Shown: piece by piece, positions 26,335-35,648 of the stretch | Numbering within the stretch: position 1 is the first letter of the stretch | Layout: every line of letters starts with the position of its first letter | Source: a virus | Lineage: Duplodnaviria; Heunggongvirae; Uroviricota; Caudoviricetes | IMG/VR virus record: IMGVR_UViG_3300028260_000001 | Span: 1-56,332 of that record | Length of the DNA stretch: 56,332 nucleotides | Direction: 5' to 3' (one strand) | Position numbers and translations under genes: made by a program | Notes under the pieces: generated by a model | Database searches by the model: none | What the model saw: only the letters and a program-made list of their open reading frames with translations | What the model was told of the DNA's origin: nothing

Positions 26335-27225
26335 TTATTGGCGAGCTTTAGCTTCAGCAGCGTTGATGTCGAACTCGTACTCAGACAGACGCTCTTCGTA
26401 CATCTTGATCTGACGTTGCAGCACAGGCGAAGTAGGGTTACCAGCCAGTTGCTCTTTCAGTTCCAGCAGCCGGTGTTGCAGTGCGTTGTGTTCTTCTTGA
26501 GCAGCTTTGTAACGAGCTACTTTCCACTCAGCAATATACTTGCCCAGTGTCAGGAACGGGTTCTGTTGTGGAGAGAAGCCAGACATCCGCAGTGGGTCCA
26601 TCTTGGCATCACCCAGCGAGCGAGTAGCCAGGTCGTAGGTCTCTGGATTGATCTCGGCATCAGAAGCCTGATTGAACTTTTGTTTCAGTTCAGTTGGAGA
26701 CAGGATCATCGCTGGATACAGACCAATGAACTGGTCCATGTTCGATTGAACCCAGTCGACTTCAGCAGGGGCCCAGTGCGACGATGCAGCTTTACCACGC
26801 GATTGCGATTCTTGAGTAACCAAGAACAACATGAACTTACGACCCCAGCGGATGTAGAAGCTCAGGGCATCAACATATTTCAGGATGTTCGCACGGTTAA
26901 TAGTCAGGTTGGTATTGGTGAACTGGAAAGCGAACAGACGACGGATTTCCTGTACGACCATACCCAGGTTACCACGAACGGTTTCCATCGACTGGAAGAA
27001 CAGCTCTAGGAAGTTCCCACGGTAGTTCACAGAACGTTGCATGGCAGCAATGTACTTCTGGCCAATCTGCGATTGAACATCGATTGACAGGATCACGTCA
27101 CGGACGTCAGGCAACAGGGGTGCGACCGTAGAATCGTATTCTTCTTCCAGGTCGGCAATTTGGTTAAGCAGTTCCTTACGCTCCTTGAATGGAGCCAAAG
27201 AACCCACGTATTCGAGCAGTCTCAT
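26335..27225 (-). CDS. Inner-body protein, phiKZ gp90-like
   Basis: 296-aa helical protein; synteny. Confidence 0.7.
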   Translation of the reverse strand: MRLLEYVGSLAPFKERKELLNQIADLEEEYDSTVAPLLPDVRDVILSIDVQSQIGQKYIAAMQRSVNYRGNFLELFFQSMETVRGNLGMVVQEIRRLFAFQFTNTNLTINRANILKYVDALSFYIRWGRKFMLFLVTQESQSRGKAASSHWAPAEVDWVQSNMDQFIGLYPAMILSPTELKQKFNQASDAEINPETYDLATRSLGDAKMDPLRMSGFSPQQNPFLTLGKYIAEWKVARYKAAQEEHNALQHRLLELKEQLAGNPTSPVLQRQIKMYEERLSEYEFDINAAEAKARQ

Positions 27226-27240
27226 TGTGGCTGTCCTTTA

Positions 27241-28488
27241 TTACAGATTGGTTTGCATGGTGCGGCTAAACATCTTGAACATTTCAGTGATGTCTGGGCC
27301 TTTCGATTTCTCACTACGCTCGATCTCATCGAACTTGTGGGTAGTAGCCAGATCAACACCACGGTGCCAGATCTGTACACGCTGCCAGCGTTCGTCAACA
27401 ACGATCAGCATCAGCAGGTAGCTGTTATCGAAGATAGCTTTACGAACAGATTCTTGTTCGATCTTACCGTACAACTTACCGGTAGCGGATTTCAGAGTCT
27501 CAGCCGAAACGATAGCAATGTTCGAAGCATCAGCTACGGATACTCGACCTGTAGCCAGGGCTTTCTGCGAGTTGTTACGACGACGGTCAGTAACCATCTT
27601 GAACACACCGGACTTGTCATTCATCAGAGCACGGAAGTGTTCGTCGATCATGTCTTGGCCGAGTACGAAGTCACGCCAGAATTTGATCTGACCGGTTTGT
27701 ACCATGAATAGACGTTGAGCCCAGCTGTCGCGTCCACCAGCACTAAACATATGAACCAACGACTGAGGAGGCACACCTGCTGGAATCAGACGGATCAGTA
27801 CTGGGAGTTTGGCTTTCTTGTCGCCATCGGAGATTTCTACGTTCAGTAGCTTACCGACGACTAAGCTTTCAACTTCCATGATCTTGTTGTCACCAGACGA
27901 CATGTCACGTGGACCATCGTTCTGTGTGCCCCAGTCAGTGTCTTTGGCATCTTTCTCAAAATCAGCAGCTGCGTCTTTGACGAACTCTTTACCTGAGTTA
28001 ACGACATCGCCAAATGCTTCGTTGGAGAACAGCAGATTCGGACGAACACGGCGAGAGAACGATTCGAGCGAAGGCAGGCCGTTAGCGTAGACACGTGGGT
28101 CATAAGCCGAGGCAGCATAGCATTCATTGGACGACTTAATTTTGCTGTAGTCAAAGCCCAGAGTGCGGTCAGGGTTCAGGGAATCCAATACTTTCAGAGT
28201 ATCGATTCGACCTACACCCAAAATCATATTTACGGCTTGCAGGTAGTAACCTGCGAAGTTAGAGGTTGCCAGCTTCAGCAGCGGAACCATGTACGGCTGA
28301 TCGATCAGAGTTGAATCGAGAATAGCCAGGGGTTCAACGCGAGCAGGTTTAGTCAGGTCAGCAAGCGAAGAAACTTGCAGGCCATTCTTAGCCAGGTTGA
28401 ATACAGTCTGCATCAGCGCCTGACCAGCGACTTGAGCAGCGGTTGACGCAGCAGCTGCACCTGCAGCGGCGATAACTGGAGCTACCAT
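27241..28488 (-). CDS. Inner-body protein, phiKZ gp89-like
   Basis: Start MVAPVIAAAG at 28488 with AAGGAAG RBS; internal SNE/SLE sites; synteny. Confidence 0.7.
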   Translation of the reverse strand: MVAPVIAAAGAAAASTAAQVAGQALMQTVFNLAKNGLQVSSLADLTKPARVEPLAILDSTLIDQPYMVPLLKLATSNFAGYYLQAVNMILGVGRIDTLKVLDSLNPDRTLGFDYSKIKSSNECYAASAYDPRVYANGLPSLESFSRRVRPNLLFSNEAFGDVVNSGKEFVKDAAADFEKDAKDTDWGTQNDGPRDMSSGDNKIMEVESLVVGKLLNVEISDGDKKAKLPVLIRLIPAGVPPQSLVHMFSAGGRDSWAQRLFMVQTGQIKFWRDFVLGQDMIDEHFRALMNDKSGVFKMVTDRRRNNSQKALATGRVSVADASNIAIVSAETLKSATGKLYGKIEQESVRKAIFDNSYLLMLIVVDERWQRVQIWHRGVDLATTHKFDEIERSEKSKGPDITEMFKMFSRTMQTNL

Positions 28489-28523
28489 GTGTCTCTTCCT
28501 TTTTGAAAATAGAGAGTATAGAA

Positions 28524-29609
28524 ATGTCAGCAAATAGTTACATCGAGAAAATTGCACAAAACATTGGACAAGTCCCGCGGAACCAAGCACTGAGCAACGC
28601 GGCGTTCGGTATTAACATCTTGGGTCGGAATGCTCCGATCCCTCAGAACACTGAGAACCATGGTTATACGTTCTTTACGAAACCGCTGTTCAATTTATCA
28701 TACGATAACTGCATGGTGGACCGAAGGTTGTCTATGCTGTTACGTGAAGACAAAGATTGTCTCGAAAGATGGGTACGTGCAACCCTCGATCCTTGGTCTG
28801 CAAAACAAAAAGATAGTCCGATTTCAAGTACGTTAAATGATCCATTGTCTCCCTTTATTCCAATGCTTTCAAACAACTTGATCTCATTGAATGGCTGGCC
28901 AGACTTCACCATTAACATGTCTACAACCACCGCAGGTATCTACCGTGACTCGATGGCATATGTAGACGATGTACCCTACCAGTACGAAACGTATACGCTC
29001 CAAGCAACTTACCGGAACGTTGAAGGTGACCCTGTAACACTGCTGCATTTCATGTGGTTGTTAGCACAAGGTTTAGGTAAGGAAGGTCGTACGATGCCTT
29101 ATCCAGAATTAGTCATGATGAACGAACGAGATTACGATACACGGATCTACCGGTTGATTATGGATCAAACCCGTACTTACGTTACTCGTATCTTTGCTTG
29201 TGGCGCAGGTACTCCGGAGAATGCTCCGACTGGTGAGATTGCTAACTTTACTGGTGATGGTAGTGAAACAGGTTCACAAGTTATTTCCAGTCAGTTGAAT
29301 TTTAGTTATCGTTGTAACGGTGTAACAACTTACGATCACATTCTGATCTATGAGTTTAACGACCTACAACAAGACTTCCATCCACTGATGAAAGATGATG
29401 CTCGTGAAACATCGATGCATTTGTTGTACCCGTGGGAGAAAGCTTATTTCAACTACCGAGCTTACCCACGTATTAATCCAACCAACATGGAACTGGAATG
29501 GTGGGTATCTAAAACGGAATACGAAGCGATGAAGTCTGGTAACATGCATACCGCTCCTACTCCGACGACTACCCAGAATCCAAACCAAGCTACTGAGGCA
29601 ACCCAATGA
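28524..29609 (+). CDS. Tail/baseplate structural protein, phiKZ gp88-like
   Basis: Start MSANSYIEK at 28524; divergent from the gp89-like gene; synteny. Confidence 0.65.
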   Translation: MSANSYIEKIAQNIGQVPRNQALSNAAFGINILGRNAPIPQNTENHGYTFFTKPLFNLSYDNCMVDRRLSMLLREDKDCLERWVRATLDPWSAKQKDSPISSTLNDPLSPFIPMLSNNLISLNGWPDFTINMSTTTAGIYRDSMAYVDDVPYQYETYTLQATYRNVEGDPVTLLHFMWLLAQGLGKEGRTMPYPELVMMNERDYDTRIYRLIMDQTRTYVTRIFACGAGTPENAPTGEIANFTGDGSETGSQVISSQLNFSYRCNGVTTYDHILIYEFNDLQQDFHPLMKDDARETSMHLLYPWEKAYFNYRAYPRINPTNMELEWWVSKTEYEAMKSGNMHTAPTPTTTQNPNQATEATQ

Positions 29610-32506
29610 GTCAATTCAAAGAGCGGATTTATAATGCTCGTCGTAACCCTAGTCAGATGCAGCAGATTGCATTGGAAGAACTCGATCAACAACTCCAAGG
29701 CAAAGGTACGTATGATGTACCCGATGCAACTATTCCATTCGTAGCGTCGATGGAATGTGGTACACTTGGTGTCTCGATGGCTATCACCGAGATGGAAGCA
29801 CAGATGCGAATGCTCAATGCTCGGATGGCATTGACACAAGAAGAAGTTTACTACCACATGTCGACTGATGACTATATCGGTCGGTTCGCTACTCCTGCGA
29901 CCACAGAGTTCCATCTGTATCTGGGTTACGAAGAGATCATCCAGAAAGCCATTGCTTATGGTGATCAAGGTGCACGTAAGTTAGTGATCCCACGACTGAC
30001 TCAGTTCCTAGGTGGCACTACTCCGTTCACTATGCAGTACCCGATTGAGCTACGGGTTCTACGTCATGGTGGTCTACAGATCGTTTACGACGGTACTGAC
30101 GTATCGCCAGTAGAAACACTGAAGACTAACCAAGTAACGTGGGACATGTTGAAGATGGCCCGTAACCGGGTAGTTCGTTTGAAGATCCCGGTACGACAGT
30201 TCCGTGTAGAAACTGCTACGGATGCACTCAGCCCATCAACGTTGTTTGAGAACTCTTACACGTTCACCGACAAGTTCTATTTTGCCCGTGTGTATCTGAA
30301 CGATGGTGGCGCTAACTCTCCATGGCGTGAAGTTAAAACTACGCACACCGACCAAGTCTACGATCCGTTGAATGTAACAGCAGTGTTGCGTGTAGTGGGC
30401 CAACAACTACAGGTTGCCATCCCGACTATCTATACCAACACTGGTCAGGCTACTGGTAAGATCCGCGTTGACATCTATACCACCTTGGGTGAGATGGATG
30501 TATCGATGGCTGACTTCCGTCCTGATCAATTCCAAGCTAAGTTCAATGCAATTGATGATGACACAACTTACGTGTCGCCTCTTAACACGTTCAGTATTAA
30601 ACAAGCCCTGAACGTATCTCGTGTTTCTGGTGGAGCAAACGCCCTTGATCTCGTCACTATTCGTAACCGCGCCATTGATAACACAATGGGTGATGCAGAT
30701 ATCCCAATCACTGATGTCCAGTTGGAAGCAAAGCTCGATCAACGTGGTTACACGCTGGTATCCAACATCGACAACATTACTGATCGACAGTTCCTCGCCT
30801 CTCGCCGCTTGGGCACTCCGCAGTCTCTCGATGTTGTAAGTGGTGCTGGTTGTGTAATGTCACAACTCCGTATCAACATGGAATCGATTGCTGCATCTGC
30901 ACACGTTGCCGACAACGGTGACCGCATTACTATCCTGCCATCCATGTTGTATCGTTTCTCTAACGGTAAAGTAACGATGGTATCGGACGGTGAACTGGCT
31001 GGCATTGTTGCAAGTGATCCGGAAGACATTTCTCGTTTGGTTAACGAATCGCGTTTCGTGTATTCGCCATTCCACTACGTGATGGATGCTACCGATGACA
31101 ACTTCGACTTCCGTCCTTATTACCTGGACAATCCAATCATCACTGAGAAAACATTCGTAGGTGAGAACGATCGTTCTAATCTCCAAGCGGCTGTAGATGC
31201 TTACGAGATCGAACGAACTGAAGATGGTTACCTGGTACGTATTCGTTTGACTTCCTCGCAGACATTCAAAACACTGGATGATTCACAGGTAGCCTGTCAA
31301 ATTGGTTATCGACCTACGGGTGAAGATGTATTCGCTTCTGTAATGGGTCGTCAAGTAGCATTGGAGAACCAAGAACGTGTGTTCGAGTTTGATATCAAAA
31401 CGAACTACGACTTTGATTCTAGTGGTGAACTCTACACTACTAACATGTCTATCTTCTCGAGTGCACAGACTAACTTCAAAACGAAGCTAGAAAATGAATT
31501 CGACATTTCGATTCTGGTTGTGAATGCTATTACTCCAGGTTACCAGCCAAACGAAATCGATGCCATGGTTGAATCACATCTGTTGCCGAACGAATGGATG
31601 CTCGTTACTCGTGAGCGTCTGGAAGTTACACTGGGCTACGACATGACTCGTATCTGGCGTCGTAACCGTTCGGTACTGGGTGAGGAAGACTACCAGCGTT
31701 GGACTACTAACGTTCCTAAGACTTGGACGGATAACGTCTACGCTACGGATGAGAATGGTAACTTGATTATCGAGATCGGTCCTAATGGTGAAGTCATCAT
31801 GGATCTGTTGCACGCTAAAGGTGATCCTGTATTGGATTCCAATGGTGAGCAAGTCTGGCTCCACCTGAAGAACGATCCAGTTATCGTTAACGGTAAGCCT
31901 GTGTTGGTAGCTCCACGTAAGTTGTTGCGTGAAGTTACTATCCTGATGATCGATGGCCTGTTCTACTTCGCTACTGAGTCCACAGCTGTCGCATACCAAA
32001 AAGAAATCCCTATGGAATTCGTTAGCTGGTTGCGTTCAGATATCGATGACATTAGTAATCGACTGTTGGAGAAAGCTGAGCTGTACGTCTACCCAACACA
32101 GACCTTCGGTGATACGGTGGTTAGTGTACGTGATGGTCAGCGTGCAACGATTCAGATCGACCAAGCCTTCGCTATTACTCACTGGCTGAAACCTTCGGCT
32201 TACACGAACGCCACGATTCGTCCTTCGCTTATTGCTAACGACAAGCAAGTGCTGGATGATAAGATCTCGCTCAAGACTGTATCCCGTTCGGATATCGTTT
32301 CGCAGATTGGTGTTACTTCGGGTGACGATGTATTGGCTAACGAAGTGAATGGTTTGGGTGGCGATGAGAACTATCCGATCTTGACCGTAGAGGACGATGC
32401 TGTTCGGTTGTCTGTACGTAAGAAGATGGTTGTGTTGGCTAACCAACTGTTGACGGTAGAAGATGACGTAACTGTTAACTTCCTCCCACACGAGGTTGCT
32501 GAATAA
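29606..32506 (+). CDS. Baseplate wedge-like protein, phiKZ gp87-like
   Basis: 966 aa, ATGA-coupled; SGGAN..D..TIR..AI...IT..Q resembles baseplate J/T4 gp6 motif. Confidence 0.7.
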   Translation: MSQFKERIYNARRNPSQMQQIALEELDQQLQGKGTYDVPDATIPFVASMECGTLGVSMAITEMEAQMRMLNARMALTQEEVYYHMSTDDYIGRFATPATTEFHLYLGYEEIIQKAIAYGDQGARKLVIPRLTQFLGGTTPFTMQYPIELRVLRHGGLQIVYDGTDVSPVETLKTNQVTWDMLKMARNRVVRLKIPVRQFRVETATDALSPSTLFENSYTFTDKFYFARVYLNDGGANSPWREVKTTHTDQVYDPLNVTAVLRVVGQQLQVAIPTIYTNTGQATGKIRVDIYTTLGEMDVSMADFRPDQFQAKFNAIDDDTTYVSPLNTFSIKQALNVSRVSGGANALDLVTIRNRAIDNTMGDADIPITDVQLEAKLDQRGYTLVSNIDNITDRQFLASRRLGTPQSLDVVSGAGCVMSQLRINMESIAASAHVADNGDRITILPSMLYRFSNGKVTMVSDGELAGIVASDPEDISRLVNESRFVYSPFHYVMDATDDNFDFRPYYLDNPIITEKTFVGENDRSNLQAAVDAYEIERTEDGYLVRIRLTSSQTFKTLDDSQVACQIGYRPTGEDVFASVMGRQVALENQERVFEFDIKTNYDFDSSGELYTTNMSIFSSAQTNFKTKLENEFDISILVVNAITPGYQPNEIDAMVESHLLPNEWMLVTRERLEVTLGYDMTRIWRRNRSVLGEEDYQRWTTNVPKTWTDNVYATDENGNLIIEIGPNGEVIMDLLHAKGDPVLDSNGEQVWLHLKNDPVIVNGKPVLVAPRKLLREVTILMIDGLFYFATESTAVAYQKEIPMEFVSWLRSDIDDISNRLLEKAELYVYPTQTFGDTVVSVRDGQRATIQIDQAFAITHWLKPSAYTNATIRPSLIANDKQVLDDKISLKTVSRSDIVSQIGVTSGDDVLANEVNGLGGDENYPILTVEDDAVRLSVRKKMVVLANQLLTVEDDVTVNFLPHEVAE

Positions 32507-32544
32507 CGGCATAGAGCCTTCCCCTAGGGGAAGGCGTTTATGTC
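32507..32544. terminator. Bidirectional CATA-hairpin-TATG element
   Basis: CGGCATAGAGCCTTCCCCTAGGGGAAGGCGTTTATGTC between convergent genes. Confidence 0.75.
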
Positions 32545-33844
32545 ATTTCAGCTTTTGCAGTTCTGCAATGAGATTCTTCATCTCTTTCACAGTCTGCGCT
32601 GATGGGTTCTTCGAACGGAAGTCCAGCATCAGGATTTCGATAGCGCTCGCGTAATACTCACGATAAGTCTTAGCTGCTGCTACTTGTGCCTGAGCACATT
32701 TGTTGAAGAAACCAACGATCTTGTTGAGATGATCAACAGCTTTAGTGATCGAATCAATCACAGTCTGCGCGCGTTCAGCTTGAGCAGCATCTTCGATCTT
32801 GATAGAACGAATACGAGCTAAGGCATCAGCGGTAGCGCCGTAGTGTTTGACCAGTTCATCGAAGTCGATAACTTGAACCTTGCGGAACTTCTCGATCTCT
32901 TCCCAGAAATCAGCACCTAGTTGGTCTACCAGATAGTCTGGTTCCGAAGACAACAACTGCATCTCATCAACGGACTGGATTACTGCAGCCAGGTCTTGCA
33001 AACCACACAGGCCATCATCAGATGGGATCTCTTGGTTATTCATCAATTCGTTCAACACTGTTACACGTGTAGCGATTGATTCCGACGTAGCACGAGCAGA
33101 GTCAAAGAGCTGCTTAACCGATTTCACTGCGGCGTCATTAGAGAAGCCGTACAGTGTTACACGATTACGATCCAGGGTAGACCGAGTCAACATGGTTTCA
33201 CTGAGTTCGGTCGTGGTCTTGGTGGCTTCCGCACCCATAACCCCGTTCAGTGTTTTCATCTTGACGTAGATCTTACGAACTTCGATCAACACGTCTCGAG
33301 CTTTAACGAGCTGTGCATCGAGTATTGCGTGCTTCTGCTTCAGGCCTTTAACCCAACGGTAACCTTGCATAACCAGATCGATCAGCTTACGAATCCATGC
33401 CTTGATAGTATCGAGTACAACTTTACCGATGTTCTCTAGGCTAGGTTTCAGGTTGAGTAACGAACGTTCTGGAGTATAGAAGTCACCGAAGGCTTCTAGA
33501 CCAGTTTGTGGCAGAGCGATGTTGTTATCCAGCATTCGCTTTTGGATTGCCTTCAAACCAGTCATGTCATGTGAACTAACACCCTTAGCCTTAATGGTAG
33601 CGTGTAGGTCCAACAGGTCATTGATCGCTTCTACAGCAATCTCGAGTTCTGGTTGTAGAGAACTTTGAATTACATCGATGGTTTGTGGAGCTGGTTCTTC
33701 AACCAGGGCAACCATCTCAGCTTGGTTCTCGATCGGGTAATCTACAATTGGATCTTCCAGCAGATCAGCCGATACGTCTAAGTCGGGTGGGGTAATTGGC
33801 GTAACGATTTCGTCCGTTACACCAGTCTCAATTTCTTGATCCAT
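32543..33844 (-). CDS. Head protein paralog, phiKZ gp86-like
   Basis: 433 aa; acidic N-terminus, AVE/GLE/SLE sites, helix IKAWIRKLIDLVMQGYRWVK. Confidence 0.7.
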   Translation of the reverse strand: MDQEIETGVTDEIVTPITPPDLDVSADLLEDPIVDYPIENQAEMVALVEEPAPQTIDVIQSSLQPELEIAVEAINDLLDLHATIKAKGVSSHDMTGLKAIQKRMLDNNIALPQTGLEAFGDFYTPERSLLNLKPSLENIGKVVLDTIKAWIRKLIDLVMQGYRWVKGLKQKHAILDAQLVKARDVLIEVRKIYVKMKTLNGVMGAEATKTTTELSETMLTRSTLDRNRVTLYGFSNDAAVKSVKQLFDSARATSESIATRVTVLNELMNNQEIPSDDGLCGLQDLAAVIQSVDEMQLLSSEPDYLVDQLGADFWEEIEKFRKVQVIDFDELVKHYGATADALARIRSIKIEDAAQAERAQTVIDSITKAVDHLNKIVGFFNKCAQAQVAAAKTYREYYASAIEILMLDFRSKNPSAQTVKEMKNLIAELQKLK

Positions 33845-33854
33845 ATCCTACCCC

Positions 33855-34295
33855 TTAGGCTTCAGCAGTGGATTGACGCAGTACGTCAGCGATCTCGAGC
33901 TGGCAACGAATGAAGTCAGGGCGAGAGCTCAGCCATTCAGACATGGCGTACTCTTTACGGGTCAGGCCATCTTCCATAGTAGAAGAGCACAGGGCTGCTT
34001 GCACGATGGACGGATCGATAACACCGGCTACCAGTTCGTAACGAATACGAATGATCTCACGGAAAACGTCTTGAGCCATTTTGGTATCAAGAGCAATGTT
34101 CTCGTTTACTTGACCACAGATATCCCGGAATGTTTTGCTATGTGCATCAGCACACTCAGCTGCAGTTTTGTCCAGCATCAGGGGGACGTGGAAACCAACA
34201 GCGTTGGCAACGAACATGGCGCGAGCCAGGCGGTCGTTGCTGTTAGGGGCGCTCAGTTCTTTCATGATGCGCGCAATCATAAAACCAGTTCTCAT
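33855..34295 (-). CDS. Conserved protein, phiKZ gp85-like
   Basis: 146-aa ORF; synteny. Confidence 0.65.
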   Translation of the reverse strand: MRTGFMIARIMKELSAPNSNDRLARAMFVANAVGFHVPLMLDKTAAECADAHSKTFRDICGQVNENIALDTKMAQDVFREIIRIRYELVAGVIDPSIVQAALCSSTMEDGLTRKEYAMSEWLSSRPDFIRCQLEIADVLRQSTAEA

Positions 34296-34306
34296 TGTCT
34301 TGTACC

Positions 34307-35545
34307 TTAGGCTTTGAATCGGAAGGCTTCAACAAACAGGGAGTTGTTGAGCAGGGCTTCGAGGTTTTCTTCGTGGGTGATCAGTTTCTTCTCACGACGT
34401 AGGCGAGGCGATGCCAGTTCAGCCATGTAGTCATAGAGATCTTTACCGACGTGGTATTCTTTTAGCAGTTCATCCAGTGCATCGATGTCTGCTTGGATAG
34501 GACTCACCAACGAACGATCTTTAACGGTCTTCAGTTGGTTAATGAGATCCAGACGGATTTTCATTACACGCTCTTTCGGGTTGTCGTAACGACCAGCGAA
34601 GTTGAAATCGTTATCACCCGATACGGTCATCAACCACAAGATGGTAAATGGCAGGAACAGAATAGCTGCAGCCATACGGAGCAGGTTACCCCACCACGAA
34701 GCACGCATGTCAGTTTCCATGCCGTATGCCTTATACATCCGGTGTAGACCAGTAGCTACCGCACGACCGTAACCCAAACGAGTGGCAAACATGTCAGCCA
34801 TTTGTTCTTCACGCTTGTGTGCAGAACTTGGGTTGTCGAACAGATAATGACGTGGAGCTTTCTTGTACGTGGACAAAATAGCACGACGAGCTTTATCTGG
34901 GGTAGGACTGTTAGTAAACGTCTCGCGTTGGTCTTCTGGGATATTCTTTACCAGCCAAGTGTGGTCGAGAACTTCCAGGTTGTATTCGTTACGCTTGTTA
35001 CCCAGTACAACGTCAATGCCGTCACTCAACATGTAGTTGAGGTAGATGTAGTCGGACAGTGTTACGAACAGGTTGAATGCGTGACCACATTCATGCAAGA
35101 TGATACCAGTGATCTCTTCGTCGGTGTAACCGTTAGCGCCCATGAAGAATGCTTCAGAACAGTTAGACTTGAACTTCAGTTCGTCAACCATAGGACCTGT
35201 AGCTTTCAGGTTCTTCAGGTCAACTTTGGTAACATACTTCAGACCATCTTTGGAACTGATGCGTTCAGTTGGAATGTATTTGGACCACGTAGTACCTTGG
35301 TGACCCCAGTATTGGAATGTCATCATCCAAGCATCTGGATGTGGACCAGGAGTAGAAATGAATTCTACGTTAAGACCAGTCATCTTCACGATATCACTGA
35401 GGCCTTTCAGTGACTCGGTACTGACTTGACCAGCAAGTTCATATGACGACCGCATCTTTGCAACTTGTGCCTGGATAAGTTTACCCAGTTCACGAGAGAC
35501 ATCAACAGAGATGACCTCGTTTGAAACTGTAAATTGTTGTAGCAT
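34307..35545 (-). CDS. Putative zinc metalloprotease (HEXXH, M48-like) virion protein, phiKZ gp84-like
   Basis: ILHECGH, EEQMADMFA..LGYG, one TM helix, N-terminal SNE site. Confidence 0.7.
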   Translation of the reverse strand: MLQQFTVSNEVISVDVSRELGKLIQAQVAKMRSSYELAGQVSTESLKGLSDIVKMTGLNVEFISTPGPHPDAWMMTFQYWGHQGTTWSKYIPTERISSKDGLKYVTKVDLKNLKATGPMVDELKFKSNCSEAFFMGANGYTDEEITGIILHECGHAFNLFVTLSDYIYLNYMLSDGIDVVLGNKRNEYNLEVLDHTWLVKNIPEDQRETFTNSPTPDKARRAILSTYKKAPRHYLFDNPSSAHKREEQMADMFATRLGYGRAVATGLHRMYKAYGMETDMRASWWGNLLRMAAAILFLPFTILWLMTVSGDNDFNFAGRYDNPKERVMKIRLDLINQLKTVKDRSLVSPIQADIDALDELLKEYHVGKDLYDYMAELASPRLRREKKLITHEENLEALLNNSLFVEAFRFKA

Positions 35546-35648
35546 GGTGGCTTCCCATGGTCAGCTGATTAATCATAAAGATAAGGCTTTGGAGCGAAAT
35601 ACTCACTAGCATAATCTGATGTGATCAACCATCTTAAAGGAGTGTCTA

